Assembly (NCBI GenBank): GCA_964427275.1
Contig: CAYRSR010000005.1
Coordinates: 1 to 56,689 of the forward strand
Reading direction: 5' to 3'
DNA length: 56,689 nucleotides
Source: an uncultured Candidatus Saccharibacteria bacterium
GTDB lineage: Bacteria; Patescibacteriota; Minisyncoccia; UBA6257; CAYRSR01
Shown here piece by piece: positions 41,050 to 50,417 of this stretch. Each line of letters begins with the position of its first letter. Positions within the stretch are counted from its first letter, which is position 1. The notes under the pieces were generated by a model that did no database searches, had not been told where the DNA came from, and saw only the letters and a list, made by a program, of their open reading frames with translations. The position numbers and the translations under genes were made by a program.

Positions 41050-42816
41050 TTATACTACACCTTCAGTAATATCCTTTGTTTGAAGCTTACCTTTAATTTT
41101 TTTAATCCTTTTTTCTTCAATCAAACTTTTTACCTTAACTGGAGTCTTGCCAGGACGAAATACAAACTCCTGTTTTAAAGCATGAATGTCAACAAGGTGC
41201 TTATTTTCCTGATATAACTCGGTAATAACTTCAATTAGTTCCTCAGGGTTAATTTCTGGATCAACTTCCGGCCTGGCTCCCTGTTTCACCCAGCGTCTTA
41301 TTGCATTAGCTTTTAGCCTATCAACAATTGCCTTAATCAAGCTTCCAGAAATGAAATCTCGAAAGTATAGCTTCTCTTTCGAACCATCATTGTAGGTAAC
41401 CTCCATGAATTCAGTATCTTCAGTTTTACTGAAAATAAACTTAGCTGCTTTTGTTGCCATCTGGTCAATAGTTTTTCTGATACTCTGGTTCTCTGGTCCT
41501 TTAATAGGTAAGTCAGGAGTAAGATAGATCTTAAATATCTCTTTTATTCCCTGTTTATCTGGTCTTCCAATCTCCATCTTAAGTTCTAGTCTTCCTTCAC
41601 GAATAACTGCAGGGTCAATCATATCCGGCCGGTTAGTTGCTCCAAGAATTAAGATATTGGAAGTATCACCCATACCATCTACCAGAGCATTAAACTGAGA
41701 AACATAATCAATGTTTACATCAGAACTCTTTCTTAATCCCCTGGTAGAAAGAAAGGCTTCAATTTCATCAAAAAATAGCACTACCGGAAATCCTTGTTTG
41801 CTCTTTTCTTTTGCTTGCTTAAACAATTCTCTAAGCATTCTCTCTGTTTCTCCAACCCATTTTGATTGAAGTTGAGGCCCGGCTATGTATAAAAAGTATC
41901 CTTTATAGTCTGTTCTTCCTAGCTTTCTAGCAAACAATTTACTGAGATAATTGGCTAAAGCTTTTCCAATTAGAGTCTTTCCACAGCCAGGAGGACCAAC
42001 CAACAGTCCACCTTTCACTGCAGGAAGCTTTAACCTTTTAAATTTTTCCCGATAAACTATTGGCCATACAAAACTTCGTTTAATTTTTTCAATCTGCTTC
42101 TTTAACCCACCAATCTGTTCAAAAGTAACCTCTGGAACTTTTTCCAGTTCTAACTCGGATAATTCTTGCTCAGTCTTTTTTACCTTTTCCAGCACCAGAT
42201 TGTAGTTGGGATCAAAGCGAACTTTGTCTCCAGCCTTAATTTTCCCTTCCAGATCAGGAATCAAGTAGGCTACTTTAGTTCCCATATGGTCTCCAATCAG
42301 CACTCTTTTTTTATCCAAAACCTGTCGAACCACAGAGACCATTCCTTCAGATAAAATATCCTCACCAGTTGCCTGAATAATATTCATTTGTTGGTTAAGC
42401 AGAACTTCCTGTCCAGGCCTGAGCCTTTGAAATAATCCCGAGTCAGCTGTATTAACCACAAAACACTGTCCACTGCATTTTACAGCTACTTTTTGATTAG
42501 CAAGTTTTTTAATTACTCTTCCAATGCGCCATGGAACTTCAGCTAAACGCTGATATTTCTCTCTAAGTAGCTTGTACATAGCAATCAATTGTGCCAGCTG
42601 AGCATCTTTTTCGCTAACTTCTCTTTTTAGAGATTCAATTTTAGCTCTGGCTTGATTCAGCTGCTGTTCGAAATATCGCCTTATTTCTTCAATTTCCTTC
42701 TGGTACTTTTCTTGCTGTTGTTTCAGTATCCTTCTCCACCTGGCTTCTAACCTGGCTTTAATTTCTTTCAGCTTTCTCTCCAAAGCTTTCTTTTCTTGAT
42801 TTAACTTTTCTTTCAT
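41050..42816 (-). CDS. arc: Proteasome-associated AAA+ ATPase (ARC/Mpa family)
   Basis: Long N-terminal coiled coil, OB-like segments, GPPGCGKT, FFDEIE, ATNRPDMIDPA; SD-supported start at 42816. Confidence 0.88.
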   Translation of the reverse strand: MKEKLNQEKKALERKLKEIKARLEARWRRILKQQQEKYQKEIEEIRRYFEQQLNQARAKIESLKREVSEKDAQLAQLIAMYKLLREKYQRLAEVPWRIGRVIKKLANQKVAVKCSGQCFVVNTADSGLFQRLRPGQEVLLNQQMNIIQATGEDILSEGMVSVVRQVLDKKRVLIGDHMGTKVAYLIPDLEGKIKAGDKVRFDPNYNLVLEKVKKTEQELSELELEKVPEVTFEQIGGLKKQIEKIKRSFVWPIVYREKFKRLKLPAVKGGLLVGPPGCGKTLIGKALANYLSKLFARKLGRTDYKGYFLYIAGPQLQSKWVGETERMLRELFKQAKEKSKQGFPVVLFFDEIEAFLSTRGLRKSSDVNIDYVSQFNALVDGMGDTSNILILGATNRPDMIDPAVIREGRLELKMEIGRPDKQGIKEIFKIYLTPDLPIKGPENQSIRKTIDQMATKAAKFIFSKTEDTEFMEVTYNDGSKEKLYFRDFISGSLIKAIVDRLKANAIRRWVKQGARPEVDPEINPEELIEVITELYQENKHLVDIHALKQEFVFRPGKTPVKVKSLIEEKRIKKIKGKLQTKDITEGVV

Positions 42817-42922
42817 TTCCACCTCCTATTCTTTATCCAATATTTAAAAGTTAATGAACAACCAAGCTTAAGATAATAGAAAAATTTTATTTTGTCAACC
42901 CCCTGCATTGAAATAAACTTAT

Positions 42923-43495
42923 GTGCTAAAATTAATTTTGATGATTGAAGCTGGAGACTTAGAAAAAGGATTAATCATAAAAGTTGATAAGCAGCTATTT
43001 AAGGTTTTGGATTATGAATTTATGAAAATGGGAAGAGGAATTGCCCATGTCAAGGCAAGTTTAAAAAATTTAAAAACCGGGAACATAATCAAAAAAACCT
43101 TTCGTTCAACTGAAAGATTGGAAGAAGTTGAGTTATCTTACCAGTCAGCAACTTTTCTTTATAAAGATAGGAAATCAGCAGTATTTTTAAGAGATGGCAA
43201 AAGAATATCCTTTCCATTAGAAGAAATCGGTGATAAAGTTTACTACTTGACTGAAAGATTAGAAGTAAAAATAATTTACCTTGATGAAACACCTTATTCC
43301 ATTGAATTACCGATAAAAGTTGACCTCAAAGTAATTGATACTCCCCCTTACATTAAAGGAGCTACAGTAGCTTCTAACACTAAGTTAGCAACTTTAGAAA
43401 CCGGATTAAAGGTAAAAGTTCCAATGTTTATTAAGCCAGGTGATGTTATTAGGGTAAATACTGAAACCGGTGAATATACTGAAAGAATAAAATGA
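42923..43495 (+). CDS. efp: Elongation factor P (start probably ATG 42941)
   Basis: KMGRG loop, KLATLETG, VPMFIKPGD, VNTETGEY. Confidence 0.95.
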   Translation: MLKLILMIEAGDLEKGLIIKVDKQLFKVLDYEFMKMGRGIAHVKASLKNLKTGNIIKKTFRSTERLEEVELSYQSATFLYKDRKSAVFLRDGKRISFPLEEIGDKVYYLTERLEVKIIYLDETPYSIELPIKVDLKVIDTPPYIKGATVASNTKLATLETGLKVKVPMFIKPGDVIRVNTETGEYTERIK

Positions 43496-43511
43496 CTAAA
43501 AATACCTTGGT

Positions 43512-44705
43512 TTGGAAGTTTCAGAAACAATGAGTGATATAAGTATCTGGAAAAAGAAAATAGAGCTAGCCAAACAGAGTTTAAGGCCAGACGATGCCTG
43601 GATAATTTACACCGCTGAACAAAAAGACCAGACTTTTGAGCTTTTTGGTTTACAACCGGTAGCCGCAACGGTGCTTATAATTTCTAAAAAGCTTACTTAC
43701 CTAATTTGTGGTAAACTTGATTTTTCAAATGTTCCAAATATTTTTGATAAATCTGAATTTTGGGCTGAAAGCGAAGAATTTAAGAAAAAATTTTTCCAGG
43801 CCATTCAGCAAATAAATCCAAGAAATATATTTTTAAATTATAGTAAGAGTGATATTCAAGCAGATTTTCTTGGACATGGGAGCTACTTAAATTTAATCCG
43901 ATTGATTAGAAAATCAAAAGTAAGAGCCAAAATCAATTCAGCTCTACACTTAATTTACAGGTTATTCAACAAGAAAACACCTGAAGAAATAAAAAGAATA
44001 AGCAAGGCAGCAAAAATTAGCCACCAGATAATTTTAAAGGCATTTTCCCAATTAAAGACCGGAATGACCGAAATTGATATTTATAACTTAATTCATAAAT
44101 TGGTTGAAAACTATCCAGAAAAACTGGAATTTGCCTGGGCTGAATCTATGTGCCCAATTGTACTCATTGGCAAAAGAATTGGAAAAACCGAAAATGCCCA
44201 CAGTAAGCCAACCAGAACTAGATTAAAACCTGGAAATATGATTTATGTTGATTTTGGCCTGAGATACAAAGGATATGGTTCTGACATTCAGAGAGCAGCT
44301 TATATGTTGAAACCAAAAGAGAATTTTCCTCCAGCTGAAATCCAGAGAAGATTTGATACTACAATCAAGTCCATAAATGCGGCAGCTAAAGCTTTAGTTC
44401 CTAAAAAAACCGGCAAAGAAGTTGATCTGGTAGCCAGGAAAGTGATTATAGATACAGGATATCCTGAATATGAGCATGGCACCGGGCATCCAATTGGTAA
44501 ATTTGCCCACTCCCCAGGACCTTCACTCAGTAAACATTCAAAAAAAGCAAATATTGAGATAGAAGAAGGATATGTATTTACCATTGAACCAAGAATCACT
44601 TTACCGAATGGATGCTCTATAGAGGAAGATGTAATAGTAACCAAAAATGGAGCAAAGTTTTTATCTCCCAGACAAACTAAGCTTTTTTTAATTAAAGCTA
44701 GTTAA
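43512..44705 (+). CDS. M24 Xaa-Pro aminopeptidase (start probably ATG 43530)
   Basis: YVDFG, YGSDIQR, HGTGHPIG, FTIEP and SIEED metal-ligand motifs; adjacent to efp. Confidence 0.88.
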   Translation: MEVSETMSDISIWKKKIELAKQSLRPDDAWIIYTAEQKDQTFELFGLQPVAATVLIISKKLTYLICGKLDFSNVPNIFDKSEFWAESEEFKKKFFQAIQQINPRNIFLNYSKSDIQADFLGHGSYLNLIRLIRKSKVRAKINSALHLIYRLFNKKTPEEIKRISKAAKISHQIILKAFSQLKTGMTEIDIYNLIHKLVENYPEKLEFAWAESMCPIVLIGKRIGKTENAHSKPTRTRLKPGNMIYVDFGLRYKGYGSDIQRAAYMLKPKENFPPAEIQRRFDTTIKSINAAAKALVPKKTGKEVDLVARKVIIDTGYPEYEHGTGHPIGKFAHSPGPSLSKHSKKANIEIEEGYVFTIEPRITLPNGCSIEEDVIVTKNGAKFLSPRQTKLFLIKAS

Positions 44706-46306
44706 TGTATTCTATCTCTTTGTTCTTTAAGGAAGTATCTCCATTGAGCAATAAATTCAACAAAAGTTCGAAATGGAACTTCAACCAGTAAGTTAAAGAT
44801 TATCCCAACTATGTTGATTTTTCTCCATTTAGAAGACAACCACTTTCCCAAATGAAGTACCGGCAAAGCAAATTGTGAAAAAAAGCTATCTATAAAAGTA
44901 GCTTTGGTTTCAATCACATGTAATTCTTTTGCTCTTTCTCTGATAATTGTTCCAGTATAAGCAATCAAAGCAGTAAATATAACCAGAATTAAATAAGAAA
45001 GTGGAGGAAAATTAAACAGATAAGCCAAAAAAACCACTATTCCCCAGGATATTAGAAAACTTAAGGTAAATAGAAACTTAAGAATAATTTTAACTATTAG
45101 CGAACTTTCCGGGTAAACATCTATTTCGTGAACTTCAGCTTCATTTGTACCGTAGCAAATTCTTTTTACTTCTTCTATGACTAATTTAAGATTTTCCTCT
45201 GGAGGCAGTTTAATAGTTCCAACCAAAAAAAACATCAATAGAGTTGGTCCAAATATATCAAATAACCTGGCCCAGGGATTTAGAAAACCAATTCCGGTCA
45301 ATTTAACAAATGGAATTTCAATTAAATAAAGTGCAAATACATTAGTTAAAAATACTGAAATGGTAGCATATAAAGCTGCTCTGTAGGACCTAGTTTTTAA
45401 AGTTGAAAGTCGCTTAAGATAAGCCTGGGCAGTTAAACTTTCCAGAGTTTTTGAATCGGCTATTTTTTCATCAATATCCTCAAAATTTTCTCTAATAATA
45501 TCTCCCAGTAATAGAAACGGTGTATCGTATCTTTCACAAAGCTTATAAAACTTGCCGGCTAGCGGGTGATTTAAAATACTTTCAAACTCATCTAAAATGC
45601 TGTAAAATTTTTGGCTTACTTCAGATAATTCTGCTTTAGAGATTTCAAACCAATTTGAGTACTTCTTTTTTAGAAGGTTGTAGTAAATAACCGAGCTATC
45701 AAATTTAAATAAGGCCTGTTGTATTGCAACATAAAGAAGGGTTTCTTTCTTAGACTCATCAATTATTTTTTTATCCAGTGCTCTTTTTCCCAATCTTATC
45801 TTTTCTCTCATTAAGCTTTGCATGCATTCAATCAGAATATCGGCCCGCTGATAAGAAAATGGATCAAGAATTTGTTCAATTTCACAGCTAGCAATTTGAA
45901 AAATTGGTAGTTGAACTTCAGCTTCAGTCTTCCCGCTTGGAACTGGAGGTAAATGATCTAGAATAAATTTGTACTTGTTAATTGCATTTTGTACTAACTT
46001 AATTTTTGACTTCGGGATATAGTCATTTGGAAAATGTCCTCCGCTAACCAATTCTAAAACAAATGGTTCAGCATCCAGTTCATTTAAATAAAACCTTCTT
46101 TTTAAAATTCTTTCAACAGCAATTCGACGCATCAAATGTTCTTCCTTCCAATCTACTACTCTTCTAATTTTCTCATAACCGGTAGCTAAAGCAGTAACTA
46201 CTTCATCTGCATGCACGGTAGGCTCCTCTAATGGGGCTTCCAGTTTTCTTTTCCAGGTTCGATATTTTTCAATTAAAGATTCAACAGCAGGAGTTAGTCC
46301 AGCCAT
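44702..46306 (-). CDS. Hypothetical multi-pass membrane protein
   Basis: 534-aa ORF with a helical N-terminal region and several C-terminal TM segments; no motif I can name. Confidence 0.7.
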   Translation of the reverse strand: MAGLTPAVESLIEKYRTWKRKLEAPLEEPTVHADEVVTALATGYEKIRRVVDWKEEHLMRRIAVERILKRRFYLNELDAEPFVLELVSGGHFPNDYIPKSKIKLVQNAINKYKFILDHLPPVPSGKTEAEVQLPIFQIASCEIEQILDPFSYQRADILIECMQSLMREKIRLGKRALDKKIIDESKKETLLYVAIQQALFKFDSSVIYYNLLKKKYSNWFEISKAELSEVSQKFYSILDEFESILNHPLAGKFYKLCERYDTPFLLLGDIIRENFEDIDEKIADSKTLESLTAQAYLKRLSTLKTRSYRAALYATISVFLTNVFALYLIEIPFVKLTGIGFLNPWARLFDIFGPTLLMFFLVGTIKLPPEENLKLVIEEVKRICYGTNEAEVHEIDVYPESSLIVKIILKFLFTLSFLISWGIVVFLAYLFNFPPLSYLILVIFTALIAYTGTIIRERAKELHVIETKATFIDSFFSQFALPVLHLGKWLSSKWRKINIVGIIFNLLVEVPFRTFVEFIAQWRYFLKEQRDRIH

Positions 46307-46370
46307 ACTTATATAATTATAAGTCCTTTAGTTAATAATTTGAAGCTAAAATAATCACAGTAAATAAAAT

Positions 46371-46396
46371 ATGAGCCAGAGAATTCTCTGGCTCAT
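46371..46396 (-). terminator. Terminator after rnpB
   Basis: Perfect palindrome ATGAGCCAGAG-AATT-CTCTGGCTCAT followed by ATTTTATTT on the - strand. Confidence 0.75.
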
Positions 46397-46398
46397 TG

Positions 46399-46778
46399 TG
46401 GTGTGGCAGGTAATAAGCCGGATTCTGTATCTCGATGGCAATTCATCTGGGCTCTGGATTACTCCAGAGCTCAAGCGGCACCCCCAATACCACTCCAATT
46501 CAAAGCAATACCGGGTACGGCCTTACACTCGGGTAAGAATTTAGCCGTTTCACCTTAATAATTTCTCATTAAGCTTGTCCCAGAGGGACATCTAAATTCT
46601 CACGAATTTAGACGTCTCTGTTCGCATCTCTCGGCCTGATAAAAGATATCAAGCCGGGTGGGTGTTACCCACTACCCTGCTCTCCATTTAAACCTAACCG
46701 GTTTAAATGAAGGAGTGTCCGGACTTTCCTCCCTGCCTCAAAAATTTGAGACAGAGCTGCCATCTTCCTGCCACACCA
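46399..46778 (-). ncRNA. rnpB: RNase P RNA
   Basis: GAGGAAAGTCCGG and ACAGAATCCGGCTTAT conserved regions; P1 stem pairing 46399-46410 with 46767-46778. Confidence 0.95.
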
Positions 46779-46786
46779 CGGTGGAG

Positions 46787-46815
46787 ATAATAAAACATTT
46801 TGTGATTTTAGTCAA
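46787..46815 (-). promoter_or_regulatory. rnpB promoter
   Basis: TTGACT, 17 bp, TATTAT just upstream of the P1 5' strand. Confidence 0.7.
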
Positions 46816-46830
46816 GTTCCTTACACTTTG

Positions 46831-46872
46831 AAAAAAAGAAAGGGAGTAGAACTTTTTAACTCTACTCCCTTT
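46831..46872 (-). terminator. Cassette terminator hairpin (also at 47901-47934 and 49626-49659)
   Basis: AAAGGGAGTAGA...TCTACTCCCTTT 12-bp stem plus U-tract; three identical copies. Confidence 0.8.
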
Positions 46873-46917
46873 GTTAACTACATTTTTAGCCTGGAAAAAA
46901 TTTGTAGGGTTTAGAAT

Positions 46918-47640
46918 CTAAAGGTCTCTACTACCACAGGAGGGCGAACCCCACGAGTTACTCTCACTATTGACCCAACATTGATCGAGCATCGGTATAT
47001 CCAGCAGCACGACATCCGGCACCATATCTCTCTCATCATAGCTACAACGGGAACCAGTAGCCTGGACGTAGTGATGTTTAAGCACATTAGTGTGAACACA
47101 GAGCGCAATAATTTCAGCAGCAGTAAGGGGGGATCTCGGCTGTTCTTCGAGAATTTTTTCTGCCTCTTTTGGGCTCTTTCCAACAAGCCTCCTACCATCC
47201 TCAATATCATAGATGTAGTAGGGTTTATCTGGAGTTTTAATCTTATCGGTAATACTAGTAACAACTACTGGATCCAGATGAACGTAGCCCCGCTTGTCAC
47301 CATTTCGTACCATAGCCATCAGATCATAGAAACTCCGATAGGTTTGTGGAATAACTGGAATGAATGGAATATGTCCATTTTCAAAAGCAATTTTACTTGC
47401 TTTCGAGAGTACCGAACTTTTCTGTGCAACAAGCAATCCAATAATCTGGTCAGGGCAGCCGCGATCCCATAGGACTTGAATCTGGCTATCAAACAATTTC
47501 TCTAAGACTTCATACTTGGGTTTCTTTGCTTCAACTACCAGCCGATTTTTGGCTTCTTTGATTGCTTTATCAATATCTTTGTCTGAAATACCTTTGAAAA
47601 GTGACACTAACTTATCAACCAACTTATCCTCTTTACCCAT
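46918..47640 (-). CDS. DUF5701-like protein, paralogue A
   Basis: PFIPVIP, YDIEDG, SPLT, WGSPSCGSR; family name from memory, needs an HMM check; SD-supported start at 47640. Confidence 0.55.
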   Translation of the reverse strand: MGKEDKLVDKLVSLFKGISDKDIDKAIKEAKNRLVVEAKKPKYEVLEKLFDSQIQVLWDRGCPDQIIGLLVAQKSSVLSKASKIAFENGHIPFIPVIPQTYRSFYDLMAMVRNGDKRGYVHLDPVVVTSITDKIKTPDKPYYIYDIEDGRRLVGKSPKEAEKILEEQPRSPLTAAEIIALCVHTNVLKHHYVQATGSRCSYDERDMVPDVVLLDIPMLDQCWVNSESNSWGSPSCGSRDL

Positions 47641-47714
47641 CTTCACCTCCTTTTTCAAGTTTTTCCAGAAATATTTGTTAATGTTCAAGCCAGTTTATTT
47701 TTACTGTTGGGAAA

Positions 47715-47743
47715 GGTATAACACAATATGTTATATTTGTCAA
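47715..47743 (-). promoter_or_regulatory. Promoter of paralogue A with internal palindrome
   Basis: TTGACA, 17 bp, TATACC with extended TG; ATAACA...TGTTAT inverted repeat within it. Confidence 0.6.
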
Positions 47744-47789
47744 GCCCTTGTAAGACAGGTATGTTTTGATAAGTATGATTTTCGCAGGC

Positions 47790-47934
47790 TATCTCAATAA
47801 GGAGGTTTTATTTAAAGAAGTCAATTTAAAGTTAAAATCTTTAAGTCTTCTTTTTTAGTTATAATCAGTACTTAACCAATTATCTGGCATCTTAAAAAAG
47901 AAAGGGAGTAGAACTTTTTAACTCTACTCCCTTT
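47790..47934. repeat. 145-bp direct repeat, copy 1
   Basis: Base-for-base identical to 49515-49659. Confidence 0.95.
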
Positions 47935-48082
47935 GTTAATCCTTTAGGTAGCCTGCAAAAAAGTTGCAGGACTTAAAACAAAAGCCACGATTTTTGCTGT
48001 TCACTTCCAAATCTATTCCGTGTAAAATTTTTATTCCATTATGACCTGTTTTTAGATTATTTATTTTAAGCTTAAAATTAAG

Positions 48083-48847
48083 TTACCGTACTTCAGAAAA
48101 AATAAAAATTAATCTTTGTTTTAATTCAGGAATAATTTTTCGGTAATTAGAAGGCAAAAATTTTACTAAATCAAGATAAATTTTCTTTTCTGGATAATTT
48201 TTGATTTTTTCCAAGAAAAACTTCTTGTGGAATTCTAAATTTACTGTTTTTAGTTTTTTTTTCAAAAGTTTTTTGTTTATTAAAACTCCTTTATCTAAAA
48301 GATACCACAAATCAAAAATATCTCTTCCTTTTCCTCGCCAAAGAAAAGCCCTGATTTTTTCAACTAAAATTTCTTCTTCTTTTTGGCAGGAAACCAAAGA
48401 GAAAAAATTAACCGGAAATTTTGTTTTTAAAGAAAGAATGTTTGGCTCAAGAAAAGTTCTCTCTAAAGAAAAATCCAACCTTATTGTTTGAGGAAATTTT
48501 AAGAACTTACTTTCATATTTTAACCTAAATCTTAATGAGTTTTTTCCCCGATAAATAAAACTTAAACTTGATTCTGGAACTTCAATTTGAAATTTTTTTA
48601 TTATCTCTTTTAAAAAGTTTTTAATTTTCTTTTCAGAAAGAGTGGTTGAAAAGTCCAAATCTTCTGAAAACCTTGGAGATTTATAAAATAAATGAAGGCA
48701 AGTCCCTCCTTTAAAATAAATTTTCTCAGCCAACTTTTCTTTGTAAAGATAATTTAAAAACAAAATCTGGAGATACTCCCGAAATATAGTAAACCTGTCA
48801 ATCTTAAAATACTGGGAAAGTTGTTCTAACTGGGTTTTACTTATCAT
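48083..48847 (-). CDS. abiEii: AbiEii-type nucleotidyltransferase toxin (type IV TA)
   Basis: IYFKGGT, RFSEDLDFS, EKIRA, RDIFDL. Confidence 0.9.
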   Translation of the reverse strand: MISKTQLEQLSQYFKIDRFTIFREYLQILFLNYLYKEKLAEKIYFKGGTCLHLFYKSPRFSEDLDFSTTLSEKKIKNFLKEIIKKFQIEVPESSLSFIYRGKNSLRFRLKYESKFLKFPQTIRLDFSLERTFLEPNILSLKTKFPVNFFSLVSCQKEEEILVEKIRAFLWRGKGRDIFDLWYLLDKGVLINKKLLKKKLKTVNLEFHKKFFLEKIKNYPEKKIYLDLVKFLPSNYRKIIPELKQRLIFIFSEVR

Positions 48848-48850
48848 AAT

Positions 48851-49447
48851 TTATAAAAACTTTTTCAATTTTTCTTGCTTGGTTTCTTTTAAAAGAGAAA
48901 AAAACTTCTTTTTATTTATCAAACTTAGGTCAAAATCATCTTTTTCAAATCTTCTCAATCCCTTTGAACAAAAATAAAGATAATCAAAAAACGCTTTTTC
49001 TTTAGAGGCAATTAAAAATTTTTCTTTTTTTTCATAATCAAAAAACAATTTGGGTTTGATATGAGAATAAAAAAATTCTTTATCGAGTGTTTTTATGATT
49101 TTTGTTTTTTTAAGAGTGACTGAAGTAACTTGATAAGGAAACTGGGTAATAATTCCATAAAAAGACAAAGCTGATTCTAAAGAAATATAAGAAGGAGAAT
49201 ATAAAAAATTGGCAATTTGAAAATCATCGCTTTCTGAAAAAACAAAGAGATATTTCTTTTTAATCAATCTTTTTAAAATTCCTTTTTTGGTTAATCTTTC
49301 TAAAATTTTAGAGGCGGTATTTTCTTTTTTAATCTGAAAAAATTTTTTAAAATCAGAAAAAGTAAAAAGAGAAATTCCTTCTTCCTTTAGTTTTTTAATA
49401 ATTATTGTTTGAGATAACGATTCCTTCATCAGTATAATATTATACAA
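48851..49447 (-). CDS. abiEi: AbiEi-type antitoxin / transcriptional regulator (start probably ATG 49429)
   Basis: wHTH-like N-terminus, PSYISLESALSFYG, ASKEKAFFD; immediately upstream of abiEii. Confidence 0.85.
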   Translation of the reverse strand: MYNIILMKESLSQTIIIKKLKEEGISLFTFSDFKKFFQIKKENTASKILERLTKKGILKRLIKKKYLFVFSESDDFQIANFLYSPSYISLESALSFYGIITQFPYQVTSVTLKKTKIIKTLDKEFFYSHIKPKLFFDYEKKEKFLIASKEKAFFDYLYFCSKGLRRFEKDDFDLSLINKKKFFSLLKETKQEKLKKFL

Positions 49448-49514
49448 TTTCTGTCATTGTGTCAAATAGCTGTCAAAATGTAATTATCTTATACAGCTGA
49501 GAATTTTCGAAGAT

Positions 49515-49659
49515 TATCTCAATAAGGAGGTTTTATTTAAAGAAGTCAATTTAAAGTTAAAATCTTTAAGTCTTCTTTTTTAGTTATAATCAGTACTTAA
49601 CCAATTATCTGGCATCTTAAAAAAGAAAGGGAGTAGAACTTTTTAACTCTACTCCCTTT
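49515..49659. repeat. 145-bp direct repeat, copy 2
   Basis: Identical to 47790-47934. Confidence 0.95.
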
Positions 49660-49705
49660 ATTAACTACATTTTTAGCCTGGAAAAAATTTTGTAGGGTTT
49701 AGAAC

Positions 49706-50341
49706 CTAAAGGTCTCTACTACCACAGAAGGGCGAACCCCAGCGTTCATCCCGAGTATCGACAAGGCCCCATCCGAGGACTGGCATACCACCATGTAGGA
49801 AAATAGCTGGTATTCCGTCGTCTGACTTGTTATAACAGGAACCAGCAGCCTTGATATAGTGATGTCTAAGTACATCAGTATGAATGGTAAGTGCTATAGC
49901 TTCGACAGTAGTAAGTGGAGACCTTAACTGCTTTTTAAGGATTTTTTCTGCATCCATCGGACTCTTTCCAAGAAAAGCTCTACCATCCTCAACATCATAG
50001 ATATAATAAGGCCTACCTGGAGTCTTAACCTTATCAGTAATATCTGCTGGATCCAGCTGGGTGTAGCCCCACTCGTTACCATTTCGTACCATGGCTATCA
50101 GATCATACAAGGTCCTGTACCTCTGTGGAATAACCGGAATAAATGGAATATGTCCATTCTCAAAAGCCATTTTACTTGCTTTCGAGAGTACCGAACTTTT
50201 CTTTGCAACAAATAGCCTAACAATCTGTTCAGGACAACTAAGATTCCGCAAAGTTTGAATCTGAGTGTCAAATAATCTCTCTAAGTCTTTATACTTGAGC
50301 TTATTTGATTCAACCGCCAACTTATCCTTACTCTTACCCAT
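49706..50341 (-). CDS. DUF5701-like protein, paralogue B
   Basis: About two-thirds identical to paralogue A over the core; WGSPFCGSRDL end; SD-supported start at 50341. Confidence 0.55.
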   Translation of the reverse strand: MGKSKDKLAVESNKLKYKDLERLFDTQIQTLRNLSCPEQIVRLFVAKKSSVLSKASKMAFENGHIPFIPVIPQRYRTLYDLIAMVRNGNEWGYTQLDPADITDKVKTPGRPYYIYDVEDGRAFLGKSPMDAEKILKKQLRSPLTTVEAIALTIHTDVLRHHYIKAAGSCYNKSDDGIPAIFLHGGMPVLGWGLVDTRDERWGSPFCGSRDL

Positions 50342-50417
50342 TTTCACCTCCTTTTTTTCAAGTTTTTTCAGAAATATTTGTTAATGTTCAAGCCAGTTTA
50401 TTCTTACTGTTACAGAA

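Noticed and set aside
49439-49476. TGTCA x3 upstream of abiEi as the AbiEi operator
   Set aside because: They are direct rather than inverted repeats, and the -35/-10 spacing is off (15 bp); I cannot assign them.
46918-50341. A complete diversity-generating retroelement
   Set aside because: No reverse transcriptase, avd or template repeat in the window, and paralogue differences are not adenine-restricted; kept only as a weaker finding.
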